DNA of 64,000 nt from Haliotis cracherodii (Eukaryota). Location: assembly GCF_022045235.1 (NCBI RefSeq), contig NW_027266275.1, positions 25,110,001-25,174,000 on the forward strand, read 5' to 3'. Positions within the stretch are counted from its first letter, which is position 1. Every line of letters begins with the position of its first letter. A program made the position numbers and the translations under genes. The notes beneath the pieces were generated by a model that was not told where the DNA came from, did not search any database, and saw only the letters and a list, made by a program, of their open reading frames with translations. Shown here piece after piece: positions 1 through 10,609 of this stretch.

Positions 1-69
1 CGTGCCCAAGGGACGCAACTCTGCACAGCGAATCGCGGCGCCTTAGACGACTAGGCCACCCGTGCCTCC
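1..69 (-). mobile_element. SINE family C (tRNA-Leu/Ser-like head), 5' part of a copy cut by the window edge
   Basis: Matches 14116-14184 and 57558-57626. Confidence 0.8.
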
Positions 70-934
70 GCATCAGTAAGAGGGACAGGAACTGAATGTA
101 GAAGATTATGTCCCGGTGAGATGTCTCATAAGAACCTACATCCTATAAGAACCTACATCCTACTCTTGTTCTCAAATCACAGTGTCTTTTACTTGATATT
201 GATTAATACACATGTCCCACAAATATACTCACCGATAAAAGAAACGCGAATACCATACATGTTCGTTAATATATGAAGAATTACTCATATTCAAGAGATA
301 TTAGATTGGTTGGTTCGACGCACAACGAACGTACTGGAATGTTGTGTGAATCGACGCTCATGAACGCATCACATTTGACGTCATATATCCATGAATCGAG
401 ACGCACCATTTATCTCGTGCAGAACTAGCGTGTAAAGTTTGGAAATCTCGTGCAGCGTGTCGTGATAAGAATAAAGACACTCTGTGGTAACACTTGACTG
501 ATTGTTAGTTTTGTCATAAAGCGCTACACATTGGAAACATCTCTTCTCAACGTACATTCTTCTTTATGTCTTTCTATGGTTCGCGTTTCTTTTGGCGGTG
601 AGTATACTATCTTTAATAACATATTGTCATGTGTGCCTTTTTTATGCGAGGAGATTTTTCTGCCGATCAGTATATATGTTTTTCGCAAGGAGTATTTTTC
701 CAAATTTTTAGATTTTCATCATAACAATAAACGATTGTTTGGATATGAATGCTATTTTTAAACCTGTTGATTCAGTACATCGTTGCATGACACAGGAAGC
801 AATGCATTGTAGACTAACTACGTTCATATCCTGCAATAAAGTGTACTCTAAACATCTACCAGTTTAACATATGTAATAGGATGCATATGCATGCGTCTTC
901 AGAGATAAGTGACACATGCATGTTCTAATTGTAG

Positions 935-2392
935 TGGGAGAGGACGCAGAAACAACAAGGACCCCCCAGTCATCCTCACGGAGCTCAGTGGTACATGACA
1001 ACAACACGCCATCTGTAAACAAGTACAACTCAACTGAGAAACGGTTACCAAACACACCGGTCAGTAGTCAAGGTATCCTGATGCTACACATAAGCTGGGA
1101 GTCTTTATAAGATACTCTTATTTGGTGCTCCTGATATATGTAACCCTATGCATTAATCCGGGCGATAATCTTCTCAACTATAGCTTATTTGCGGGTAGAA
1201 GAAACAGTAGTTGTCTGGAAAACGGTCTCGACTAACCAGGTGTCACTGTATTTTCATGACCTTCACGTGTCTGCACACATTCTGATTAACATAAACACGA
1301 CATCAACATATGATTAGCAGTTGTGGTTATTCCGTGCATGTGGGTGGCCATCTAGACCAACATTTTGCCCCAGAAATAAGTTCTCCTATTTACATATATT
1401 CATATATAAATCTACAAAATAAAAATAAAATCCAAATGGAGTCCAGAACAATGCATCATTGCAGGCTTGAGCTGAGACATTCTAGACTTGCCAAATCATT
1501 GTAGACTTGAGTTGGATTCATGTTAATTTACTTTCTATGGTCCGGGAGACAGACAGCTGGTCCTTGCAATGGTTGCTGGTAGACTATAGCCCGATGTTAT
1601 ACGCGTAAATTACACTTTCAGCGCTTGCTGACTGGTTATAAACTGCGAACGAACTCGTTATTTTACTTTCCTTTCCAGACAGTAGAGATCTTTAGTCCCA
1701 ATATTGCTGACATACAGCAGCCGTGACATTAAGTTACCCCATTCACTATGTTGGTACACAGAGTGATTGAGCGAGTATTTTGTAAATCAGTACCAATGCA
1801 GTTGTCTTAGTTTCTAAAACAAATAAAAGCAACAAAATCATTTCCACAGTCATAAGACATCTTTGCTATAAGCAGAGTCTATATCGACCTTATCATGAGC
1901 ATGTGTTTTTGAATTACGATCAAATAGTGATGGTACCAGGTGTTCGCGAAAGGTGAGCGCATCCTGCCCGAACTGTGACACCCGTCACAAACACATTCAA
2001 AGACAAGTAAATTGAGCAAGAAGTGTATGCCGATCTTTGAAATCTTAGTACAAAGAGCATTATCGATTGTACCTCAAAAGTTTTGAAATGTAGACACCAA
2101 AGGTTGGAACTACTGGAGTATTGCTCCACATAAAGGGAAAGTGGACTATAAGCAAGTTGAAGTCATCTTTCTTGTCATACAGTCTTGCGGATAGTTTTTG
2201 TCGTTCTAAATCGCAAAGCATACGCTTGTAACATGTTATTGCACATTTGTTTCAGGTGCCATGTACATGGTTTGTACAATACTGTTGATGCTCATCGTGT
2301 GTTCTGTTATGGCAGTACTTACTTGGCGTTGTCCATCTCGTCACTGTAAACATAGACTAGCGTTATATGCGTTCAAAATGCAGAAACTCGAG
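935..2392 (+). CDS. G0: partial single-pass membrane protein gene, 5' part upstream of window; exons 935-1072 (Ser/Thr stalk) and 2256-2392 (TM helix); last exon unresolved
   Basis: ttgtag|935..1072|gtatcc is a phase 1-1 exon (GEDAETTRTPQSSSRSS..YNSTEK..VSSQ). It joins in frame to tttcag|2256..2392|gtacgt (GAMYMVCTILLMLIVCSVMAVLTWRCPSRHCKHR..). The stalk+TM layout matches the downstream cluster, but no CRD exon is in the window. Confidence 0.55.
1921..2210 (-). pseudogene. Penelope-like retroelement remnant (RT C-terminus and 3' end)
   Basis: Minus strand reads LSARLYDKKDDFNLLIVHFPFMWSNTPVVPTFGVYISKLLRYNR*, matching the LYDKRDDFNF..SQLIRY signature of Penelope-like RTs. Homologous to the copies near 40.4 kb and 62.1 kb. 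Confidence 0.7.
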
Positions 2393-4025
2393 GTACGTTC
2401 AATTATCAATCCTGGATAATCTTAGTTTCATAGGTTGCATCCATTAACTCTGTCACTGCATTGAATGATTACACGTTTGGGAATTTGAAGCTAAAGGTTG
2501 AAGTCATAAATATGCCAAATTTATCTATTATATCGAAATACTTTTTTTCCGAAATCTCTTTTGTCTTAAACGTGTTCTTTCAGAATTAGAAGAGTTTGGG
2601 AATTTGAGGCGAAAGGTTGTAGTAATAAATTGTTTGTTTCATATGTTTGCTGAATGTGAAACGTCAACATGAGAGAAAAAACAGTGTCGATTAACCGCCG
2701 AAACCATTATCATTGGGCGTTACAGCAACATAATGGTAAAACAAATGAAGGAATCACCGAAAATCAGTGATAACACCAGGTGTTCGCACAATTAACTTAG
2801 AAAGAAGTGTTTGTTCGCTGAAACAAAGCCAGAAACGTGATTGAATTCCAGCGTCTGAAAGGTATTCAGTTTATCGATGATTCAGATACTATATTTGTGA
2901 CAAAAGTTATGTCTGATGCAATTTCCGATTTTGACTTATACAAGATGTTTTCAGGTGTACAATTGACATCCCTTTGTATGTATTTGTGACTGGTACCGCC
3001 GATGGAGCAGGATACGGTCTTGTTGCGAACACATTGTATCATTACCATTTGAAATAAATTTAGATTTATAAACACGTGTTTATGATGTAGTTCAAATCCT
3101 GCAATGGCGATTTCTTATGATTGGGGAAAAGTGTTTTTTACAATGCATTCGGTAAATGCAAAAAATGTAATCATGGAATTATTTGTTTTTTATAATTCAG
3201 AATTACCAAATAAGTGAAGCTATCTTCGATGATAGTTGCATCAAATATTCAGTATGTATAACATTGTATAACATTTTATAACATTCAAAAATTCATGTTC
3301 CTTATACACATGGTTATATGACTTCTTTCAATTATTTTAGTGATTCAGGAAAACATGTTGTCGTCCTGAACAATCAGTAAATTGAGTTTTAGTTGATCAA
3401 TAGCACTGTTTACATATATGGTCAGACCCACAAAAGTTGCAGACATATATGTTGAAGCCATACTTGTTAAAATTGTCACAGTGTGAAATGTTCACAATTA
3501 AATTTTTCTTTAAAAAATCACAGTTTGATACATTTGTATTGTATACTGTAAGTTAGGTTCGTCTCATCTAAAATCTGTTATATGGCTGCGCTTCCTTGTC
3601 AATCAGACCGATGTTGTTACCTGACGCTTGTTGTATAGAAGGAGTCATTTCCAATTATATGTGGAGTATATCATTTACTGTAGAATCTACATAATGTAAA
3701 TTATGATTGTGATGCCAGTCAGTCACCATTAATGTTAAGAGGCGACTAACGGGATCGGGTGCTCGGGCTCGCTGGCCCAGTTGATGCATGTCATCGTACA
3801 CAGTACGCGATACCGCCGAGGCTATACACCAGCCAGACACCCACACGTCTGTGTATCAGATCAATGCGCCGTACAGCTAGCTACACTGCCGGGTCATGTG
3901 ATCCACTGTTCATTCATACAACGGCCAGAAGTGAGCGCCACACGGAGTCATTCGTCACTCGTGCTATTGATGGCTGTAGTATAACGCACGTAACTCTTTC
4001 CCAAGTGTGACCGGGCAATTAATGT

Positions 4026-7000
4026 ATGGATATAAAAGTTGTTGTACTACTTCTACTGTATGTGGTTGGTCATGTAGTGTCTGTGCCGCCGAGGCAGTGT
4101 CCTGACACGTCTGTGTGGAGGGCTGACCTGCACGGGTGTGTTCCCTGTAAGCACCTGTGTGGACATACGGATAAACGCACCTGTCCAGGGGAATGTTGGA
4201 GTGAGTACAAGTCTTTTAACTTTTCACTTATTTTGGCGTCGTTGTGATATGTTGGACATGTATTACATGATTGGCTAATTGGACATCTGTGAATTAATTG
4301 TTATGATGTTGTCATGAGAACACGTTCATTTCCTTGTGGTATATATTCATACTATGGAAAGGAACAAATAATGTATACATTTTAACTCGACCCATCTATT
4401 TGAATGGATATCTATATGATAGTTTAAGGTTTCTGTTGGTGTATATTCAAATATAAGCCATAAATCCTTTCCATAATCATAAGAAATATGCACGTAGTTA
4501 TTCCTTTTTCCTTTCTTACATTTAAAAAATACCCGTGAAGATCCAGGTTAGAAAAGGTCTTCAGCAACCTTTGCTTGTCGTAAGGGGCGACTAACGGGAT
4601 CGGGTAGTCAGGCTCCCTGACCGAGTTGATCGTATTCATCGTATCCCAAATGCGTCGATCGATGCTCATGGTATCAATCACTGGCTTGTTTACCCCAGAC
4701 TCAATTATTTACAGACCGGGGTCATATAACTGTAATATTGCTTAGTGCAGCGTTAAACAACAAACAAACAAAACATTTTGAAAAACAACCCGTGATGTGT
4801 TATCGTTCCAATAGATTCCCATGTAATGTGACAAAAACCCTACCCATGTCACTGTCAATACACTGGCAACATACAAAACAATGAGTATCGTTCTCACACA
4901 ACATCCTGGGTGTAAAGTACATGGAACTGTACTTGTATAATGATGCGGTATTGCCCTCGGGGTCATAAAACTTCCGCGTCTAATAATAGCGCATACGTGT
5001 CTTCAGTGCGTGTCCAGGTGTTTGCAATGGTAAAGACAGTACACATACATTGTAAGAATGTCTGCAGACTATTGATAAGCTTGTAACTAATTCTCCTCTG
5101 TTTGCCATCTTTACAATTTGTGGTTTGATATATTATGCTTCAATACAGTACAATGAATGTATTGAGAGGGGCCATTGAGAGTACATATTTTGTCAGCGAA
5201 CTGATTCGTGAATCTAAGGGAAAACACGACATCTATTTGACCTTCATATACTCACAGCACTGAATATTCTTCTTAAGCATTCGTTCGTTCCGTCGTTCGT
5301 TCGTTCGTTCGTTAGTTCATTAATTATATTTCCTTTCCAGAGAAAGATGTTGTCGGATCACGCCAGAAGTCCCAGCGCGTACGTCGAAGTGGACGCGGCA
5401 GATATAAACGCGATGATGGCGACTGTGAAGACTTCTACTACTACGACAACGCTATCCACCGATGTACACCGTGTGACCACTTGTGCGATCACCACGACTA
5501 CCAAGGAACTACACAACGTTGCATGGAGAAATGTCCTGGTAGGATTTCGTTATGGCATCTAATATTCCATGTGTATTTTTTTAAGAAAAATTGCATATTA
5601 ATCTTTTTTTTCATAATTCATGGATAATGAGGCTGGGTGTCATTGATGGTGGCTTCATGCGATATACTTGTATTCTATGAAGAGAATATTGGAACTTTAA
5701 TCCACTACTATAGCCGCCTTAGTTTTTATTTCTTTAAATGATTATAAAGTTTATTGCGGGTTGTTTTTAACAGATTACTATGCAAGGATGGAAGCTACGA
5801 CCAGTTCAAAAGAGGAAAGATCAACAACGGATATTAGTTCTGACGATTCCAAAGCAGACGCTACCTTAACTGTAATATTAATCAGTTTGCTGTTAGTGTT
5901 AGCTCTGTCTGTTGGAATAATTGTTTGGAAGCGGAATCAAATTTGGCAGTTCCTGGAGAGTCTGTGTGCCACCGAGGAGGAGAAAACCTCTGTACCCTGC
6001 TCTGAGGAAGAGGGTATCTGCGAGTTCACCAATTCCAAAAGTGAGTAGCACTATTTCTGACACCCTTGGGGGAGGACAGAAACCTATGATCCTGGGTTCG
6101 AATCCCAGATTCGTCATGATTATGTTTCAAGACTTGCCAGCACCAAACCCAGAGCGAGTGTAAGACCAGGGCCCACTTGCACAAAACGATCTTAGCGCTA
6201 AGACTATTGCCTATGTTAAAGTATGGGAGTTAAGATCATCTTAGCGCTAAGATCGATTTGTGCTAGTTATGCTCAAACATGCTTAAGATACAGTCGGAAT
6301 CGTATAACGGGCTCTGCTTTTATCAAAGATTCCTTAGGATTATATAAATGGTTGTGTCGCTTTTGATTAAAGCAAACTCACTCACTGCCTGCCATAATGC
6401 ACCAGCATCCCATGCTTGCCGTAAATGGCGACTATGCTTGTCGTAAGAGGCGATTAACGGAATCGGGTGGTCAGGCTCACTGACTTGGTTGATGCATGTC
6501 AATTGCGTAGATCGATGCTCATGATGTCAATCACTGGATTGTCTGGTCCAGATTATTTACTGACCGCCGTCATATAGCTGGAATATTGCTGAGTGCGGCG
6601 TTAAACAACAAATAAAAAAACAAACAAGCAAAGCAACTCTACAGACATTTGCGATGCGTCACATTTATGAATGATGTGTAGGCCAAATCCTCATAGGTTG
6701 CCTCAGTGATCGTTCAATAAAATTGACAAGGAAATGTAAGTTGCTGCATCTATCGAACGCCCATGGTAATTATCGTACCTCGAATTTTCTACTTTGTTTT
6801 TTCTTCCTGATCTTTGTCATGACAAGAGTATAAACTGCGGGCACAAGAAAGTATACACTTGAAAACTGAATTTGAACAAAACTTACAAACGTTATCAAAA
6901 CGTTACTCGGCTGACCTGCTGTGAGATACTCATTGATGTGATGCATGTAATATCGCCTATGATAACCGTATCAAATCAGCATCGATTTACCATTTCTTGT

Positions 7001-7874
7001 TTGTTTCATGTTTAGCCATCATCAAAAAATGAGTGTGTATAATTTTTGCTCGGCAGTGTAGCTATGTTTGTTTGTTTTGTTTGTTGTTTAACGCCGCACT
7101 CAGCAATATTCCAGCTATATGACGGCGGTCTCTAAATAATCGAGTCTGGACCAGACAATCCAGTGATTGATATCATGAGCATCGATCCACCAATTGGGAT
7201 CGATGATATGCTTAAACCAAGTCAGCGAGCCTGACCACCCGATCCCGTTAGTTGCCTTTTACGACAAGCATAGTCACCTTTTACAGCAAGCATGGGTTGC
7301 TGAAGACCTATTTTACCCCGGAATCTTCACGGGTTCAGTGTAGCTATGTAAAGACAATGGATTCCTATACATGTATTTACTAACTCCGAGGGTGTTTGTT
7401 ATCGAGAGGACCACAGGTCAAACACAAACCATCAAACAAACCTGATACTGATTATTCATAAGCTCATGTTTTAATGGTATTTAAATATACTCGATGTTCA
7501 CATATATAATTAACATTGTTATTGTATTCTCCATCTTGACAACTGTTCCTTTGTTAATTTCAGCCCCTTTAACCCACTCCCTTGGACCAATATGTCAGCC
7601 GGAGACCGAAGCTCATCATGAGAATACAGCAGACAGGTATCCGTACATTGAGAAGTTTGCTGAGATTGACCTACGGTATGCAGTGTTGGATGAACCCCTC
7701 ACAAGCCACGCTACCACCCCCAAGGAAACCTATTCCTCGGATCACACCACTCTGACATCCTTCTCCAACCACTCGACCACCCCCAAGCAAACCTATTCCA
7801 CTGATGACACCAATCTGACAACCTACACCAGTCACTCGACAATCCCCAAAGTTGTTGATGCTGCTGAGCACTGA
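4026..7874 (+). CDS. G1: TACI/BCMA/Grindelwald-type TNFR-like receptor, signal peptide + 2 CRD + TM + ITIM tail (~316 aa); exons 4026-4200, 5341-5538, 5774-6040, 7564-7874
   Basis: Canonical GT/AG sites, all phase 1, with an open frame across the four exons (951 nt). Signal peptide MDIKVVVLLLLYVVGHVVS; CRD1 CPDTSVWRADLHGCVPCKHLCGHTDKRTCPGEC; CRD2 CEDFYYYDNAIHRCTPCDHLCDHHDYQGTTQRCMEKC; TM LTVILISLLLVLALSVGIIVW. Collinear with G2. Confidence 0.85.
4531..4775 (+). mobile_element. SINE-like family A (non-tRNA head), full length
   Basis: Starts ACCCGTGAAGATCC and ends GCGTTAAACAACAAAC; about 20 complete or partial copies in the window. Confidence 0.85.
6405..6630 (+). mobile_element. SINE-like family A, 5' truncated
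   Basis: Clear match to the family A body and (ACAA)n tail. Confidence 0.8.
7068..7335 (-). mobile_element. SINE-like family A, full length, 14-bp target-site duplication
   Basis: TSD cagtgtagctatgt at 7054-7067 and 7336-7349. Confidence 0.9.
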
Positions 7875-7969
7875 TAAAACACACTCGTGGGTGTACCAAG
7901 GAAATCACAGGGCCGTCAGTCATGAAATCTAACGGAAAACGAGTAGCGATCAAAGTACAACTAACACAG

Positions 7970-8200
7970 GACCCGTGAAGATCCGGAGTAGAATAGGTCT
8001 TCAGCAACCCATGCTTGTCGTAAGAGGCGACTAACGGGATTGGGTTTTCAGACTCGCTGACTTGGTTGATGCATGTCATCGTATCCCTATTGCGTGGATC
8101 GATGCTCATGATGTCAATCATGGATTATGTGGTCCAGACTCGATTATTTACCGACCGCCGTCATAAAGCTGGAATATTGCTGAGTGCGGCGTTAAACTAC
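7970..8200 (+). mobile_element. SINE-like family A, just 3' of the G1 stop codon
   Basis: Full 5' end GACCCGTGAAGATCCGG through GCGGCGTTAAAC. Confidence 0.85.
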
Positions 8201-9011
8201 ATGAAACTGAAACGTTTTCTAGACACTTCTTGAATTATTGTTGACAATATACATTTTAGTTAAACAACAAACAAACAACTGCCACAGGAATGATACTCAA
8301 TGGCCAGATATGACACTAAGTCTTTCTTTGAGTGATTTGAAAGATGTCAACCACATGTTTAATGTATATATCTTGAATTGAGTTGAGCTTTCTCATGCGC
8401 ACTTGTAACTTTCCCTTATTTGATAAGCTATGCAATGATCTGCTTGAGATATAGATAGGCATTATGATGTGCAGATGCACACGCTTCAGCGAATGTCATG
8501 TTTGCGAACGAGGTGTTGATGGTTAAATAGATCACGACTTGTTATTTTTAACGTGATGGCATTACATTAAATGTGAAGTTAGTTTTATTCGAAAGCATGC
8601 ATGTAATTAACTCATTACCGTTTATGGATGATAATGTTCTTATAATATTCTACATTCTGTACGTTAGCTAGGACAAGCATATCAGCTGAATAGTGGATAC
8701 TCTCTCATATCTACGTTATACATATCCTATATACCTACACATTGTTTTGTTAAAAATCTATTCATCCTATGTTTGGAGAGTGAGTGAGTGAGTTGGGTGT
8801 TATTCCGCATTAAGTAATATTGCAACCATATCATGGCATATTGTGTGTTATTGTCGCATTAAATAACCTCCTTTGTGGCAATAGTTGTGTGCCAGTGTGC
8901 ATCTCATCACTGCCGATTAATATTTTCTGCCAATACGTGTTCTACGGCTATTTACTTAAGGATCAGTAATCAGTGGCCTGAAACACATCTATAATACAGA
9001 ACGGATTTTAT

Positions 9012-9346
9012 AGCGGTAGAATAAGTCTTCAGCAACCAATACTTGCCGTTAAAGGCGACTGTGCTTGTCGTAAGAGGCGACAAACGGGATCGGGTGGTCA
9101 GGCTCGCTGACTTGGTTGATGCATGTCATCGTATACCAATTGCGTAGATCGATGCTCATGATATCAATCACTGGATTGTCTGGTCCAGTCTCGATTATTA
9201 TCAGAACTCTGTGTTATAGTTGTAACATTGTAAAGTGTGTTTTAAACCAACAAAACATTGAGATTGGTCCAGACTCGATTATTTACAGACAGCCGTCATA
9301 TAGCTGGACTATTGCTGATTGCGGCGTTAAACAACAAACAAACAAA
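9012..9346 (+). mobile_element. SINE-like family A with duplicated 3' part
   Basis: Family A body; the tggtccag..cgattattta segment occurs twice. Confidence 0.75.
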
Positions 9347-9873
9347 CACTACAGCGTCTGTGTGGCTACGTCTGCAATGGCTCTTTGTCTCAGACATTCT
9401 ATTAACAAAGATTCAGTTGACATTTACAAATGTACTTTTTAAATACTCGTGATAACTCTTCTGTATGCTGACTTAAAAAGTACATTTGTGATGTTTGTTC
9501 ATTTGCACAATACAAATATTGACGCATGCATATAGCAATGTACAGTCATTCATTATCATGTTATTCATTATTCTTGTATCGTGCTTACAATTTACACCTG
9601 TTAACATTTTTAATTGAATTCAATACTGTTACAATCATGTAAGACGAACATTTATTAAAAAAATATTTTGTTCATTTCGTTGTTTTTCTTAATTTCATTT
9701 TTGATCAAAACAAGATAAACGTGCCAGAAAAAACTTGCCATCAGTAGTATTTCTGTAAAACAGCGGATTAAGTCAGGGGATCAATATTAACTGCAGGGGA
9801 AAAGAAAGTATACACTTTCTAAAAATGCAACAAATACGAATTGATTATTCGATTGTGATGTGGTATCATTGTA

Positions 9874-10280
9874 GACCCGTGAAGATCCGGGGAAGAATAG
9901 GTCTTCCACTACCCATGCTTGCAGTAAAAGGCGACTATGCTCACAGGGCCACGGATAGCCACACTATACTGACTGTACTGATTACATTAAAAAAAGAGAA
10001 GGGAGGACACCTCCTAATGTAATCAGTACAGTCAGTATAGTGTGGCTATCCGTGGCCCTGTGACTATGCTTGTCGTAAGAGGCGACTAACGGGATCAAGT
10101 GGTCAGGCTCGCTGACTTGGTTGAAGCATATCATCGATCCCAATTGCGTGGATCGATGCTCATGATATCAATCACTGGGATGTCTGGTCCAGGCTCGATT
10201 ATTTACAGACCGCCGTCATATAGCTGGAATATTGCTGAGTGCGGCGTTAAACAACAAACCACCACCACCAACAACAACAA
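9874..10280 (+). mobile_element. SINE-like family A interrupted by a MITE
   Basis: Flanks gtatcattgta / gtatcatagta look like a TSD; the body is split at 9942-10062. Confidence 0.85.
9942..10062. mobile_element. 121-bp palindromic MITE, 48-bp perfect TIRs, 8-bp TSD (hAT- or P-type)
   Basis: Arms 9942-9989 and 10015-10062 are exact reverse complements; TSD actatgct at 9934-9941 and 10063-10070. Confidence 0.9.
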
Positions 10281-10609
10281 GTATCATAGTAGTGTTAAGG
10301 ACCTTAAGTTTGCAGTGTTTCGGCGACTGTTTCCAGACGATTTTATAACGATTTTATAACGTTTGTGATTTTGTTGAAAAAAAAATTCACGTGTATACTA
10401 CCTTTAGTCGGCAGTTTATATCCTGATCAACATAATCAGTTATATCCAAAGATAATTTGAACGGCCCGCCACGATTGAGTGGATGTTTACGTAGTACACC
10501 ACGTGGTTTCAAGCATATGACTCCCATTCAAGTTCAGATCACTCGTGTTTACGTGCTTATCACAACTGTCAAACAGCGTTCGGAACAGAACACAGCGTAT
10601 GTATTGAGC

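Noticed and set aside
5347-5562. Track ORF MLSDHARSP..
   Set aside because: Wrong frame; the spliced frame of 5341-5538 encodes G1 CRD2.
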